A stretch of 64,000 bases of DNA from Eledone cirrhosa. Its lineage: Eukaryota. The position numbers and the translations under genes are program-made. The notes under the pieces were generated by a model. That model did not search any database, had not been told where the DNA came from, and was given only the letters and a program-made list of their open reading frames with translations. The stretch's first letter is position 1; the number at the start of each line of letters is the position of its first letter. Shown piece by piece: positions 14,220 to 28,057 of the stretch. The DNA lies in NCBI GenBank assembly GCA_964016885.1, contig OZ024758.1, forward strand, positions 8,742,001 through 8,806,000, in the 5' to 3' direction.

Positions 14220-15524
14220 ATATATGTAGTCTTGAAGTAATAATTCCATCGAAATCAAAGTGAAGGGAGTTCTTGTCTTTGTGGTGGGTTTTCACCATAT
14301 TGGATTCCGTTGACCATTCAAACGAACCACAGTATCATAGGAATGAGTTGAACAATGGAACCAAAAGACAAAGTAGTGCTTAAATATTTTATTGTTTTAC
14401 GGTCGTTTCAAAAGGTTGATCACGATATATCGATACAGTGACTAATCGATAGTAGTTATGTAACATCTTATTATTAGTCATATATATTCACTCTGGACGT
14501 TTTTTCTACTGCAGGTGATCCACATCAAGGCTTTGTATGAAGGGGATTGATGCATGCACAGATTCCAAGGTAAGTCTTAATTTCCATCGATGTATTAGTT
14601 GGTAACACCTGAATTAACTACTAGTTCTACTAGTCTATGTCGAACTCTTTATACGTGGTCCATCGAATATCCCTCAAATCAAGACCCTCCACCGTTTAAA
14701 ACTGTAGAGACATTAAAAAGAAACTGATATTCACTGCTGGAATATCTTTGCTTATTGGTTTGCTCCGTCATGGCTGACCTGGGGTTTAACAATAATAACG
14801 ACCGTTGTTTCCGTAAATTTTCCTTACAGTTATAAAGTTGTTTGATTTTCCTCTACGTCTCAATTCTTTGATCTGTTTTTTTAAATGTTTTTGTTATTGT
14901 TTAGCCCAATGCTCAGATTTATGATTAAAAAAACCTTCCATACATAACCATCCCTTTTTTAGACATTGTCTATCAGAACTATATTGTCCTGTATAGTCTG
15001 ATACATAGGAAAATGTAGTCCTTCCTTTTTTTAAAACAGTAGGACGCTATTTGATGGAAACGTGGCTGTCATTACTAGTACCATACATATTTCCTCCTTG
15101 ACTTGATCTTTGCTAAGAACGATCAATTTATGAAGAAAAGATTAAATAATCTTTTATTTACAGCATATGTTGAATGTTGATTTCTCTCACTCCAAATACT
15201 TTCTAGTCTTCTTTATATTCCCATTAAAAAAATGACCGCCATAAGACCAAAATGGATGCAGTTAAGAAGCGTGACATGAAATATAAATCAAGGGTGACCG
15301 AATTCGGCTGTGATAGGGATACTGGTACACAAAACCGGGTGGGGAATATCCCCTCAGTCTACGGCACGAAAGTTCTGTAGTAAAGAAGCCTAGGTGAGCT
15401 ATTGTGATATTGATGGCTTTTCCAATGGGTCTTAATGGCATAACGAAAGGGGTCTTTCGTCAAATGAGAACCGAAATTGATTTTGTGGGATGATAAGCCA
15501 GATGATGCTCTGTGACACTTTAGG

Positions 15525-15692
15525 GTAACGTTTCTCAACCGGTATATCCCGGAACCCTAGACTTCCGCAAAAGGTCGCTAGGGATTCCGCGAGAAACAGT
15601 GATAAATATAATAAATTTTATGCAAGGGTTCCCAAAAACATGAAAACTATTTCAAGGGTTTCACAAGGGTAAAAGGTTAAATGAGGCTGTTC
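15525..15692. mobile_element. Old hAT/Charlie-like MITE relic
   Basis: Start ...cgtttctcaacc, internal gggattccgcga/gggttcc, end aaaaggttaaatgaggctg. A similar single end cagtgattcccaactttttt lies at ~3266. Confidence 0.4.
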
Positions 15693-16492
15693 TAGAGCAT
15701 AGATTAGTAAAATATTGGTTTCTCATTTAAGCACATGGCCATAAATTTGAGGGAAGGCAACAGAAAGAGAACAAATGATTATATCGTCCTCTAGTATTTC
15801 ACTGGTACTTTATTTATTCGAACTCATAACGAAAAGGGGCGTAACTAAACAGCATAGGGTAGTTTGTTCGACACTCTACCGATTTTGACAATTTACAGCT
15901 TCCTCAATTATACATACAACGACAAAGACAACAGAAGATCATGTGAAAAGAATGTTGCATTTCTTCCATAATTTATTTGTTGTTGATTTTCTTTCATCAT
16001 AGTTTTGTTTACGTTACGTAGTTATTTTTAATTCAATCGAACGTGATCTAGCATAGGATATCGATCACACATCAATCAAATCAACCAAACTCACAAATTC
16101 GAAAACAAAAGAGAAAAGAAAAAGAAAAAAGATGATTAATTGAAGCCAAAAGCAAATTTCAAAAAACGTAAATCTTACAGAATTACCAACGTTATCCTCA
16201 TCTTCATTATCACCATACTAATCATTATCACCATTATCACCATACTCTTCATTATCACCATACTCTTCATTATCACCATCATCATCATCATCATCATCAT
16301 TATTATAATCACCATCATCATCATTATTATCATAATCCTTCCGAGGTTAACTTTGCCTTTCATTCTTACGGGGTCGATAAAATAAAGTACTAGTAATGCA
16401 CTGAGATAAGTGCTGGCCTTGTGCCAAAAAGTAGAAACAATTATTATTATTATTGTTGTTTGTATTGTTGTTGTTGTTGTTGTTGTTGTTGT

Positions 16493-16872
16493 TATTCTTT
16501 GAGTCTCAGTCATTGATGTTATTTAACTGGAAATCTGCAGCCTCAGACATTCAGGACAGCATTCCTTCTGTAGCTTTTTTAAGGTCTTCTCTTTTTAACT
16601 AGTTCCATGTCTGTGGATCTCTGAATTCCGTTTTCTTAAAGAAGGTGCTATGAAGGGATTTGCCATGAAGGTTGCTCTTCCTCCTTGTTGTTATTTCTTC
16701 CTTGGACGTCCCCTGGTCTATTGTTTTCCCCTTCAGTACAATTTTGTCAGACAGATATTTGTGCAGACTGTTTTTCTCCATCTGAACACAGTCCTCTATG
16801 CTGATAACACCCCTTCCACCTTCAGATCTCTTTAAGTAGAGTTTATCAACATCACTCCTTTTATGGAACATG
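16493..16872 (-). mobile_element. Non-LTR retrotransposon relic (R4/Dong-like clade), post-RT region, internally deleted, with 3' end
   Basis: MFHKRSDVDKLYLKRSEGGRGVISIEDCVQMEKNSLHKYL...LHGKSLHSTFFK...W*...DLKKATEGML resembles the H..SD...LY..R..GGRG and LK..TEG motifs of R4/Dong elements. Contains an in-frame stop and is flanked by trinucleotide tracts. Confidence 0.75.
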
Positions 16873-16880
16873 TTGTTGTT

Positions 16881-16916
<36 letters not shown>

Positions 16917-16975
16917 GTCATCGTCATCGTCGTCATCGTCGTCGTTGTCGTTATTGTTAGGGGCAGTAGATTTTA

Positions 16976-17192
16976 CAGTATCGGGAGAGGGTCGTGCAAT
17001 ATGCTTTACGGAATACAATTACAGCCCTTTATGATCTGAGATCAAATCCCGCCGAAGTTGGCTCTGCCTTTCGTCCTTAAGGGGGTCGATAAAATAAAGT
17101 ACCAGTCACGCACTGGGGTCGATTTAATCGACTTTCCCCTCCCCCAAATTGCTGGCCTTGTGCCTATATAAGAAATCATTATTATTATTATT
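16976..17192 (+). mobile_element. SINE family A copy
   Basis: Same head, core and tail as 21773-21997. Confidence 0.8.
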
Positions 17193-17261
17193 ACTATCTA
17201 GTTGATTGAAAACTAAACAGAATTTGTAATTTACTCTCACATGTATTAAACTTATAAAAAT

Positions 17262-17434
17262 AATTGTTTCTACTTTTGGCACAAGGCCAGCAATTACCCC
17301 AGTGCATTACTGGTACTTTATTTTATCGACGCCGTAAGGATGAAAGGCAAAGTTAACATCGGCGGGATTTGAACTCAGATCATAAAGGGACGTAACTCTA
17401 TGCTTCAAAGCATGGTGTCTGACTCTCTACCGAT
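17262..17434 (-). mobile_element. SINE family A copy, tail-to-tail with 16976-17192
   Basis: Reverse complement of the family A core and tail. Confidence 0.8.
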
Positions 17435-17733
17435 AAAAATAATAAAAAGTAGATAGATGGGGGGGGGGTATGTTTCTGTTTTGTTTTTTGCTGTTTTGTT
17501 TTTAATCAACAATTTATAAAGTAAAATAAACGAAAACGAAATGAAGAGAAATGAAAGAAAGGAAGGAATAATGATAAAAACAAACCAAAAATAATATAGA
17601 AATAAACAGAAATAAAAGGGAAGGAAGAAATTGATGAATTAAAAAAAATGGAAGAAAAAAAACTGTTGAAAGTTTTTAAATTACAACTTCAATGTTAATT
17701 AACATCTGTTGTATATTTCTAAATTTCATTGGT

Positions 17734-17796
<63 letters not shown>

Positions 17797-18867
17797 AGTT
17801 TAAGTGTGTAAGCGTGCGTGTGTGTGTGTGTGAGTTTAAGTGTGTAAGCGTGTGTATGTGTATGGGGGGATGAGTGTATATGTGTGTGTGTGTGTGTGTC
17901 AGTTTAAGTGTGTAAGCGTGTGTATGTGTATGGGGGGTGAGTGTGTATGTGTGTTTGTGTGTGTGTGTGTGTGTGTCAGTTTAAGTGTGTAAGCGTGTAT
18001 GTGTTTGTGTGTGTGTGTGTGTGTGTGTCAGTTTATGTGTGTAAGCGTGTGTGTATGGGGGGATGAGTGTGTATGTGTGTTTGTGTGTGTGTGTGTCAGT
18101 TTAAGTGTGTAAGCGTGTGTATGTGTATGGGGGAATGAGTGTGTATGTGTGTTTGTTTTGTATGCTAACACTAATAATTTACGGCGTCTTACTGCGAGAT
18201 GTATACTCAACACGACTTTGTTGGTAGGGTCTTCTCAGGGCCCTGGATTTTCTTGTGGGTGCTCTACCAGATACGGCCTGAATATGCCATATATCACTTC
18301 GTAGATTTAATATTAATCAGAGGATGATGGAATTATTACAGAAGCGGTGAAGTTGGTTGATTTTTTTGTTTTGTTTTGTTTTGTTTTGTTGTTGTTTTTT
18401 TCATCTTCTTACACGTGTTTCGTTGTATCTGTTGCGTAACGATTCCTACATCAGACTGGAATAGAAATATATATGGCCGTTCGATTCCGTGCACTGAATG
18501 AGAATCTGATTATTTAAGAAGAATTCATAGAATATTCTATTATCATTCTATGAGTCTGGTGTAGGGATCGTTACGCAACATATACAACGAAACACGTGTA
18601 AGATTATGAATGAGAACAACATTAAAAAAACCTATCACTTCGGTAAGATAATGAATAAATGCAATTTAAAAAATGCCTCCTCCACTTCTGTAATAATTCC
18701 ATAATCTTCTGGTTGGCTGACAATCATAGGGTTGTGTGTGTGGGGGGGGGGGGGGAAGAGATTGAATATGATCCCTAGAAAGAAGATGAAAAAGAAGTAA
18801 GAAAAAAAATCCAAAGAAAAAAGGAAAAGCTATGTAAAGTAGGATAAAAGATTGACAGGAAGAATAG

Positions 18868-19476
18868 CAGAGGTCCAGAGGTCAGTGACGTTTACGTAAA
18901 CGTCACTTCCTGTGCAAAGTCAACAGAACATCCATTCATAGGAAGGGGGGGAGGTAACAACATATTTAAACAAAGATAACATGAAAACAGTTGTGGTGAC
19001 ATACGGAAGATGATCTTAACCATAAAGACTCTCCCAAACTATAACAATATATATATACATATATATAAAAGGGAAGGGGAGTACATATATACACACACTC
19101 CCCTTCCTTTTTCTATTTCCCTATACTCCTTTTTTTTTCTCTACCTTTCCCTACCACTCACTCTCTGTCGTTCTCTCTCTTTCATTCTCTCTCTATCCAT
19201 CTCACACACTCTCTCTATCCCTCTCTCTTTCTCTCACTCTCTCTCTCTCTTGATTGGCGCGGCTCAAATGTCGCTGCCGACAAATCACCGTCACATGATC
19301 TTCCTCTGCGGCAGACATTAATAGCCAACTTACAAATATCAGGGGAGTTAAACAGGACAGAGGCAGATGTCCGCCTTCCTGTCGTCTGCCACTTTCTCCT
19401 CTGCATTGCTTTTCTTTTCCTTTCTCGTTCTTTTCGCATGCATTTCTGTCTAGTTAACAGACGAATATGTGTGAGT
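18868..19476 (+). promoter_or_regulatory. Candidate promoter / first exon region, possibly of the T-box gene
   Basis: Two unique-sequence islands amid microsatellites. They contain a perfect 24-bp palindrome (18884-18907) overlapping CACTTCCTG (ETS-like), a reverse CCAAT (GATTGG, ~19252), a GC-richer stretch, an E-box TCACATGA, and a donor-like |gtgagt at 19471. Confidence 0.35.
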
Positions 19477-20232
19477 GTGTGTCTGTTTGAGTGTGTGTGT
19501 GCTTGAGTGTGTGTGTGTGTGCACGCGTTTGATTGTGTGTGTGTGTTTGTTTGATTGTGTGTGTGTGTGTTTGTTTGATTGTGTGAGTGTGTTAGTGTGT
19601 GTGTGTGTGTGTTTGATTGTGTGTGTGTGTGAGTGTGTGTGTGTTGGTGAATGTGTGTATGGGAGTATGCGCGAGTGTTTGTGTGTGTAAATGCATGTGT
19701 ATTTGTGTCCGTGAGTGAATGTGTGTATATGTGTGTGTGTGTTGTGTATATCTCTCTCTCTTTCTACATGTGTGTATGTGTCTATGTGTGCGTGAGTGAA
19801 TGTGTGTGTGTGTTTGTGTATATCTCTCTTTCTTTATGTGTGTATAGGTGTGTATGTATATGTGTATATGTTTGTGTGTATGTGTATATATGTGTATATA
19901 TGTGTATGTGTGTATATGCGTATATGTGTGTGTGTATGTGTGTATATGTATGTTTATGTGTATATGTGTATGTGTATATACGTGTATATGTGTGTATGTG
20001 TGCATATGTATGTGTGTATGTGTATATATGTGTATATATATATATGTCTGTCTATGTCAACTCATTGGCAGTAGATCTCTGTAATCTGTCAGTGAAACAA
20101 GAAACTATGTCTGACGTTGAACTTCACCGAAACACATTAAAACGATGTCAACATTATTGTCATTGATATAAGAAGATAAACTACATTAAATCTACATGAC
20201 ACCATGTTGATCAACATTGATTGACTCCACTC

Positions 20233-20868
20233 AACGCCACACGATCTATGGTTAATCAACAGACAACACTCTATGTGGTCACTTCACCTGCTAGAAATAG
20301 CAGTCAAATATTAACGCTACACAATGTATGGTTAATCAACAGACAACACTCTATGTGGTCACTTCACCTGCTAGAAATAGCAGTCAAATATTAACGCTAC
20401 ACAATCTATGGTTAATCAACAGACAACACTCTATGTGGTCACTTCACTTGCTAGAAATAACAGTCATATATTAACGCCACACAATGTATAGTTAATGAAC
20501 TTTCGAGACTCTATGAAGTCACATCACTTGCTAGAAATAACAGTCAAATATTAACGTCACAGAATCTATGATTAATCAACAGACGAGACTCTATGTGGTC
20601 ACTTCACTTGCTAGAGATAGCAGTCATATATTAACGCCACTCAATGTATGGTTAATCATTAGAGGAGATGCTAGCTGGTCACTTCACTTGCTAGAAATAA
20701 CAGTCATATATTAACGCCACACAATGTATAGTTAATGAACTTTCGAGACTCTATGTGGTCACATCACTTGCTAGAAATAGCAGTCAAATATCAACGCCAC
20801 TCAATGTATGGTTAATCAACGGACGAGACTATATGGTCACTTCACTTGCTAGAAATAGCAGTCAAATC
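20233..20868. repeat. Minisatellite, ~80-bp unit x ~8, containing a piece of a dispersed repeat (gctagaaatagcagtcaaat)
   Basis: Period 80 (aacgc.ac at 20233, 20313, 20393 ...), moderately diverged. Confidence 0.93.
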
Positions 20869-21052
20869 TTTAAATTACAACATTTTCTTTTCTTTTTCGG
20901 CCACATTAAATAATGGAGTCCTTGTGTGTGAGTGAATGTGTATGTGTGTTTATGTATATGTGTGTGTGTGTATTTATGTGTGTGTGTGTGTGTTTATATA
21001 TTGTGTGTGTGTTTATATATGTATGTTTACATGTATGTATATATCTATTTCT

Positions 21053-21155
<103 letters not shown>

Positions 21156-21259
21156 AGTGTGTGTATATGCATATGTGTGTTTATGTGTATGTGTGTGTGT
21201 GTGTGTGTTTATATGTAAGTTTACATGTATGTATATATCTATCTCTCTATCTCTCTCTC

Positions 21260-21344
<85 letters not shown>

Positions 21345-21772
21345 TTTTATATACTTTTATATGTGTGTGTTAGTGTGTGATTGTGTGTGGCTAAGATGTT
21401 CGGCTGACGATTGTAAGGTTCTGGTTTCGATTCCTTGCGACGTGTTGCGTCCTTCAGCTAAATACTTAACTCTTCTTTGCTCCTGTCTGACAGTGATCCA
21501 ACACACACACACACACACACACACATACACACACAGAAACACAAATACACAAAACACAGAGAAACACACAGAAACAGTGACACACATACGCACACATATA
21601 CACACACAAACGCACAAAACAGTGGCACACATACGCACACGTATACACACACAAACACACATAGGGTCGATTGTAATGCAACATTCCCAGCCAGAAACCT
21701 GAGCCGTGAAATCTGAGTGGAATTATTGTTTTAACAGCTTAATATATGAAAAGGTTTATATAATGACAACAA

Positions 21773-21997
21773 GGGCGGTGGATTGGCAGTATCGGTAGAG
21801 CGTCGGACGCCATGCTTTGCAGCATAGAGTTACGGTCCTTTACGGTCTGAGTTCAAATCCCGTCGATGTTAACTTTGCCTTTCATCCTTACGGGTTCGAT
21901 AAAATAAAGTACCAGTAACGTACTGGGGTCGATTTAATCGACTTTCCCCTTCCCCAAATTTACTGGCCTTGTGCTTATACTAGAAATCGTTATTAAT
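21773..21997 (+). mobile_element. tRNA-derived SINE family A, near full-length
   Basis: A-box-like GGATTGGCAGTATCGG, B box GAGTTCAAATCC, core ctttgcctttcatccttacggg.tcgataaaataaagtaccag, tail ggccttgtgc...tagaaa-(TTA)n. About 20 full or partial copies in the window. Confidence 0.85.
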
Positions 21998-22659
21998 ATT
22001 AATATATATAGTAGGAAAATAGTCCTGACGTTTCGGGCGTTAGTTCTTCATCGTAAGATAGAATGAAAGAGAGAAGAAAGGATATTTGGGAGAGAGAAGA
22101 TGGAAAAGGAAAGTAGACGAGAGTCAGAAAAGAAAGAAAAACGAGGAAAACATTTAGTGGAAATCACGTGTATGGTTAGTCAGCCTTTTGAAGGCTTATA
22201 ATACGAACTTTTCCTCCCTTAAAAATGTCCCCGAATATCTGCCTGCGTCATAGAAACATAAGGTCAGGGTTAGGGTTATTGAGAAGTGGGTGTTCAAGAA
22301 AGGGTCTCGAGAGCGTCATACAAGGTCATGGGCCTTATCAGCCGTCAAATACGGTATTCATTTATTCATAATCCACGTTGTAATGGTACTCGAGTTAATT
22401 ATGTATTTGACAGTTAATACTGTGCCATTATGCAAATGAACTGCGCCAGTCATAAGTTTCTTATTTAATTATTTAGTACAGAGGATCGACAGAATCGTAA
22501 GAGTGTCGGACAATATGCTTTACAGCATATAGTTACGTCCATTTACGTTTTGAGTTCAAATCCCGCTGTAGTTAGCTTTGCCTTTTATCCTTGTGGGGCC
22601 GATAATATAAAGTACCAGTAATGCACTGGTGTGGATTTAATCAATGTATATACACATGT

Positions 22660-23470
22660 ACCGCGCGGTTAAACCACCGGGAGTGAAGGACCCCTAGTCT
22701 TTGTCAGGGCATTCTTCTGGGAGAAGGCAACTCAGGAAACTGGGTTAACTCCGATATAAAGACTTGCGGCTCAGTAGTTACCGATGATGTTGATCTTTCC
22801 TTCTTTTCAGGTTATAGCTACTGTCGCTCAGAGAGTGGGATTGGCTCAGTGCACAGTCTTTCCTCACGTACAGGCATTGCACGATAGAATTAATTGATAA
22901 TTATTAATAATGTTATATCGTGCAATGGCCATACGATAACGAGGGGGCAGCCATCATATATGTATGTATGTATGTATATATGTATGTATATATGTATGTA
23001 TATATGTATATATATAAGGCAAAGGAGCTCTTAAGAGTCAATGGCCATCCAAAATCACCGGGAGAGATGACCCCTTAGCCTTTGTCAAGGCAGAATTCTA
23101 GGAGAAGGAAAACTCTGATATAACACCTGCAACCCTGATGGTATCCAATGATGTTGACTTGTTCTTCTTTTTGGTAAATATCATCTTGGTTAAGAGAGTG
23201 GGACTGGCTTTGTGCAGTGCCTTTGCTCACTATAAAAGCTTCACGGCACAGGCATTGCTTTATATCTGGAGATCTCTCTGCATTTGTCGTCACATGGTAC
23301 CATGGGCCCAGCACTATGTGTCAATAATTGTCACAAGTGTAGTGTTTGTACCAGAGCTTTCAAGTCGCTGGCTGGACTAAAAAGTCACACTCGTTCAGCG
23401 CATCAGTAGGGGTTCTCCTACATGGATATAAAGTAGTGGCCGTACTCGAAAACGAGTTGACAGCCACCAT
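22660..23470 (+). mobile_element. Two diverged tandem copies of a retroposon fragment (possibly RTE-related), each ending cagcca(t/c)cat-(ATGT)n
   Basis: ~22700-22870 and ~23075-23235 share ggagaagg.aa...actc.gatataa...gatgttga...agagagtggga.tggct; both run into TATG tracts. Confidence 0.5.
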
Positions 23471-24013
23471 ATATGTATATATGTATGTATATATGTATGT
23501 ATATATGTATGTATATATGTATATATGTATGTATATATGTATGTATATATGTATATATGTATGTATATATGTATGTATATATGTATGAATATATGTATAT
23601 ATGTATGCATATATGTATATATGTATGTATATATGTATGTATATATGTATGAATATATGTATATATGTATGTATATATGTATGTATATATGTATATATGT
23701 ATGTATATATGTATGTATATATGTATGAATATATGTATATATATGTATGTATATATGTATGAATATATGTATATATGTATGCATATATATATGTATATAT
23801 GTATATATTTATGTATATATGTATATATGTATATATGTATGTATATATGTATATATGTATGTATATATGTATGTATATATGTATATATGTATGTATATAT
23901 GTATGTATATATGTATGAATATATGTATATATGTATGCATATATATATGTATATATATATGTATATATGTATATATGTATGTATATATGTATGTATATAT
24001 GTATGTATATATA

Positions 24014-24335
24014 TGGTCTCTTAACTCCTGAGGTAATCGTAGGGACACCGTATTGACATACATCATTTGGGGGCGCATTTTAAACCTGACAGACCCCACC
24101 CACCCACCCCCATCTCCTCTCCAGGCCTGAATACAGCAGTTTTCTTCCAGAGAAGAATAGAGAGTGGGTGAGAGAAAGGAAGTGAGAAAGACATATATCG
24201 GAAGAATTGACCCCAGTACTAGACTGGTACTTTTTTTATCGACCCCGAATGGATGAAAGATTAAGTTGACCTCGGTGCGATTCGAAACCAGAGAGCAGAG
24301 AACCGGTTCCAATACTGCAAGGCATTCTATCGGCC
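24014..24335 (-). mobile_element. SINE subfamily A2, ending in a (TACA/TATA)n tract
   Basis: Reverse-complement homology to 36035-36367. Confidence 0.75.
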
Positions 24336-24895
24336 GCCTATGAAATGGTCTATGCACATACAATCATTAGATTCGAGAGTAAAAGTCAATGTTATTCTAT
24401 TAACTTAGTAGTTACTAATACCGTTCAGTCACGGAGTCAATCAGCAGATAAAATGTACTTACAGCCAGCCAATAGACCAAGGGGCAGGCAACTTTATCGT
24501 GACTATTGAAACATCTTCACGCCCAAATCAGTTATTTACTTTCATCTACTTCACCACCGCCAACACCGCCGCCTTAGATTAATATGGACATCGCCGAGTC
24601 CAGTAATTATTTCCCGGCATTCCTAGCGTCACCGATCAAACAAATTAGTTGGCAAGAGAGACATTTTGGACGAATTGTTCAAATAATTTCCTTAGAGTTT
24701 TCTCATTGCAGCTTCTCTTTCTACGCTAACCATATTAGTTCTGTCCAAATACTTTGTCGACAGAACACTTTAACCCCCTCACCAAATGACCTTCTTCTTC
24801 ACTTTCCAACTCTTCTTCTTCTTCTTCTTCTTCTTCTTCTTCTTCTTTTCCTCTTCTTTTTCATTTTCTTTGTCATCTTTTTCTTCTTTTTCCTT

Positions 24896-24951
<56 letters not shown>

Positions 24952-25056
24952 TTACTACTACTAATTCTTTTTCGTTGTTTAAAGAAACATTTTATATTTA
25001 CAGTCTCTTATTCATTGTCTTTCTCTCGTTTTCTCCCTCTCTCACACTCGCAACCA

Positions 25057-25138
<82 letters not shown>

Positions 25139-25428
25139 ATGTGTGTGTGTGTGTGTGTGTGTATGTGTGTATGTATGTATGTGTGTGTGTGTAAGCGAAA
25201 ACCAACCAAACCAAACAGTGAGTGTGTTTTATTGTTACTTCTGGCAATATTATAACAACATGACCCTCCCCAAATATAACAATATATATATACATATATA
25301 TATATATTAATATATATATATATAGGAACAAGTATGACCACGACGGCAGAGCTCATACTTGTTCCTATTACCCACTCTACTACCCTAAGTATTGAGTACT
25401 TTGGTGGTTCCTTACCACATTTCCTTCG

Positions 25429-25469
<41 letters not shown>

Positions 25470-25786
25470 TATACTTTGGGAGGGTCATGCTGTCAAAAAC
25501 CTTCAATAAAGGATATTTAGAATTCATGTTGGTGGAGTACTGATGAGTTTTTCCCATCCTGGAGTTCACTTATTCTTTTTACTATGCTAAGGGGTGTTTC
25601 ACCTTTATATGTTGTGTTCTTATTCCTACACTGTCCCTCACTACATCGTATGCTATATACTACGTTTCTAGTTTTGCAGTTAGTTTGCGGGCTTAGCTTG
25701 CAGACTGTGCATTTCCTATAAGTGCAGGGGGGTTCTTTGAAATGAATGTCTCTACCAGATACTCTTGTACAATTTCAGCCCCACAC

Positions 25787-25995
25787 TCATCGACTTTCGT
25801 CAAATCGGACCGAGGAAACAATGTTTCCGTTGGTCTTTCCAATTGCTAATACATCGGGTGCAACTCCAGGTAGAAGGAGCAACGTGAAATAAAGTGTCTT
25901 GTTCAAGGACATAACGCATCGCCTGGTCCAGGAATCAAACTGATAACCTCACGATTGCGAATCTAGTTCTCTAACCACTCAGCCACGCGTCTTCA
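25787..25995 (-). mobile_element. SINE family B copy
   Basis: Reverse-complement homology to 10423-10643. Confidence 0.8.
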
Positions 25996-26487
25996 CTGTT
26001 CTACATAACTTGCTATAAAACAATACAAAATATTAATACATAGATACATGCAGGGGGGGGGGGTTAACTTTCTCTCTCTCTCTCTCTCTCTCTCTCCCTC
26101 CCTCTCTCTCTCTCTCTCCCCCTCTCTTTCTCCTCCCCTCTCTCTCCTCTTCCTCTCTCTTCCTCTTTATACCATTTCACTCTATTGTCTCTATCGTTCT
26201 CTTTCCACCACTCTCCCCCTTTCACCCTCTCCCGCTGTTCCTCCCCCTCTGTCTCTCCGTCCCCCTCTGTCTCCCTCTCCCCCTCTCTAATGTCTCAACC
26301 TTTCCACATTTAATTCTCAAGAATGTTAACTGCTGTTATAATTTATCAGAAATAATCTAGGATGCTTATTTCATATAGGTACACGTACGTACAGACACAC
26401 ACACAGAGACACACGTACGTACACACACACACACACACAGACACACGTACGTACACACGTACGTACACATTCACACAAACACACGTA

Positions 26488-26530
<43 letters not shown>

Positions 26531-26610
26531 ACGTACACACACAAACACACGTACGTACACACTCACACATATACAAACACACGTACGGAGACACACACAT
26601 ACAAACACAA

Positions 26611-26677
<67 letters not shown>

Positions 26678-28057
26678 CATTTATATATATTTCGTTTCTG
26701 ATAATTATATATACATATATATTTTATATATATATATATATACATATATATTTTATAATTATATATACATATATATATATAATTATCTATATGTATATAT
26801 ATTCATATTTATATATATATTTATATATATATATATAAATATATATACATATATATATATAACTATATTTATATTCGCATATACATACATATTCTTATGT
26901 GTATGTGTATGTATGTGTGTATATAGAGAGAGAGAGATATATTCACACACACACACATACAAACACACACACACAAGCACTGAAACACATACATATACTA
27001 ATATACAACTTTCATTTCCTCCCAAAACGAAATGCAAGAAATAAGTTGGTTTTTTTGTGTGTTTGTGTGAGTTTTTGTAAAGAAAATTTAAAAAAACTGT
27101 TCATGAAGAAGGAAGATATTCTAATAGTTGGCTCGTTTAACAAAAATATCTAAAAAGATAGACGAGATAATTTTCAAATACCATTATTTTCGTGAATTTT
27201 TTTCTTTTTTTTTTTTGTATAGAATATTTTTTAATGTAACTTTTATATAGTGGAGACGGTGGGGGGTGGGGAGATTTTGTGCTTTTCTAGATTATTTCGT
27301 TTTTCTATTGCTGCTATTGTTGTTGTTGTTGATGGTGGTGGTGGTATTTTTGCATTAAAAAGATTATAATTAATTTTTTTATAATATACATATGTAGTTA
27401 TTTTCAAAGATTAAAGTTAAAAGAATTGAAAAACGAAATTTTTTTTTTACCCATTTCGCTTTTAGTTTTACATTTCCTCCCTTTTTTGTGTATTTTTTTG
27501 TGTTGTTTTTTTGTGTATTTTTTGTGTGTTTTTCCTTCTTTTTCTGAAAGAACATCTGTAAAGAGCTAAACACATTGAGAAGCTGGAGTAAAGAAAACAA
27601 CAATATTACTTTCAAACATAAACAAGGCCACATATTTTGGGGACTGAAGAGTTTAGTTGAAGAAATCAATCCCTCAATATTCGACTGAAACTTATTTTAT
27701 ATAAACCCCACGAGGGTATGAGGAAAAACTGAGATGGATTCACCAAGATTTGAGCTTAAAATTGGAAAATGACGCAATTTTATTTTATTTTATTCGACGT
27801 TCTAATGACTCGGCCAGAATTTACATACATACATACTTACACACATACATTCATACATACATATATACATATATACATATATACATACACACATACGTAT
27901 ATACATACATACATAACACATATATACATACATATATACATACATATATACATATATACATACATACATACACACACACATACATACATACATACATACA
28001 TACATACATACATACATACATACATACATACATACATACATACATACATACATACAT

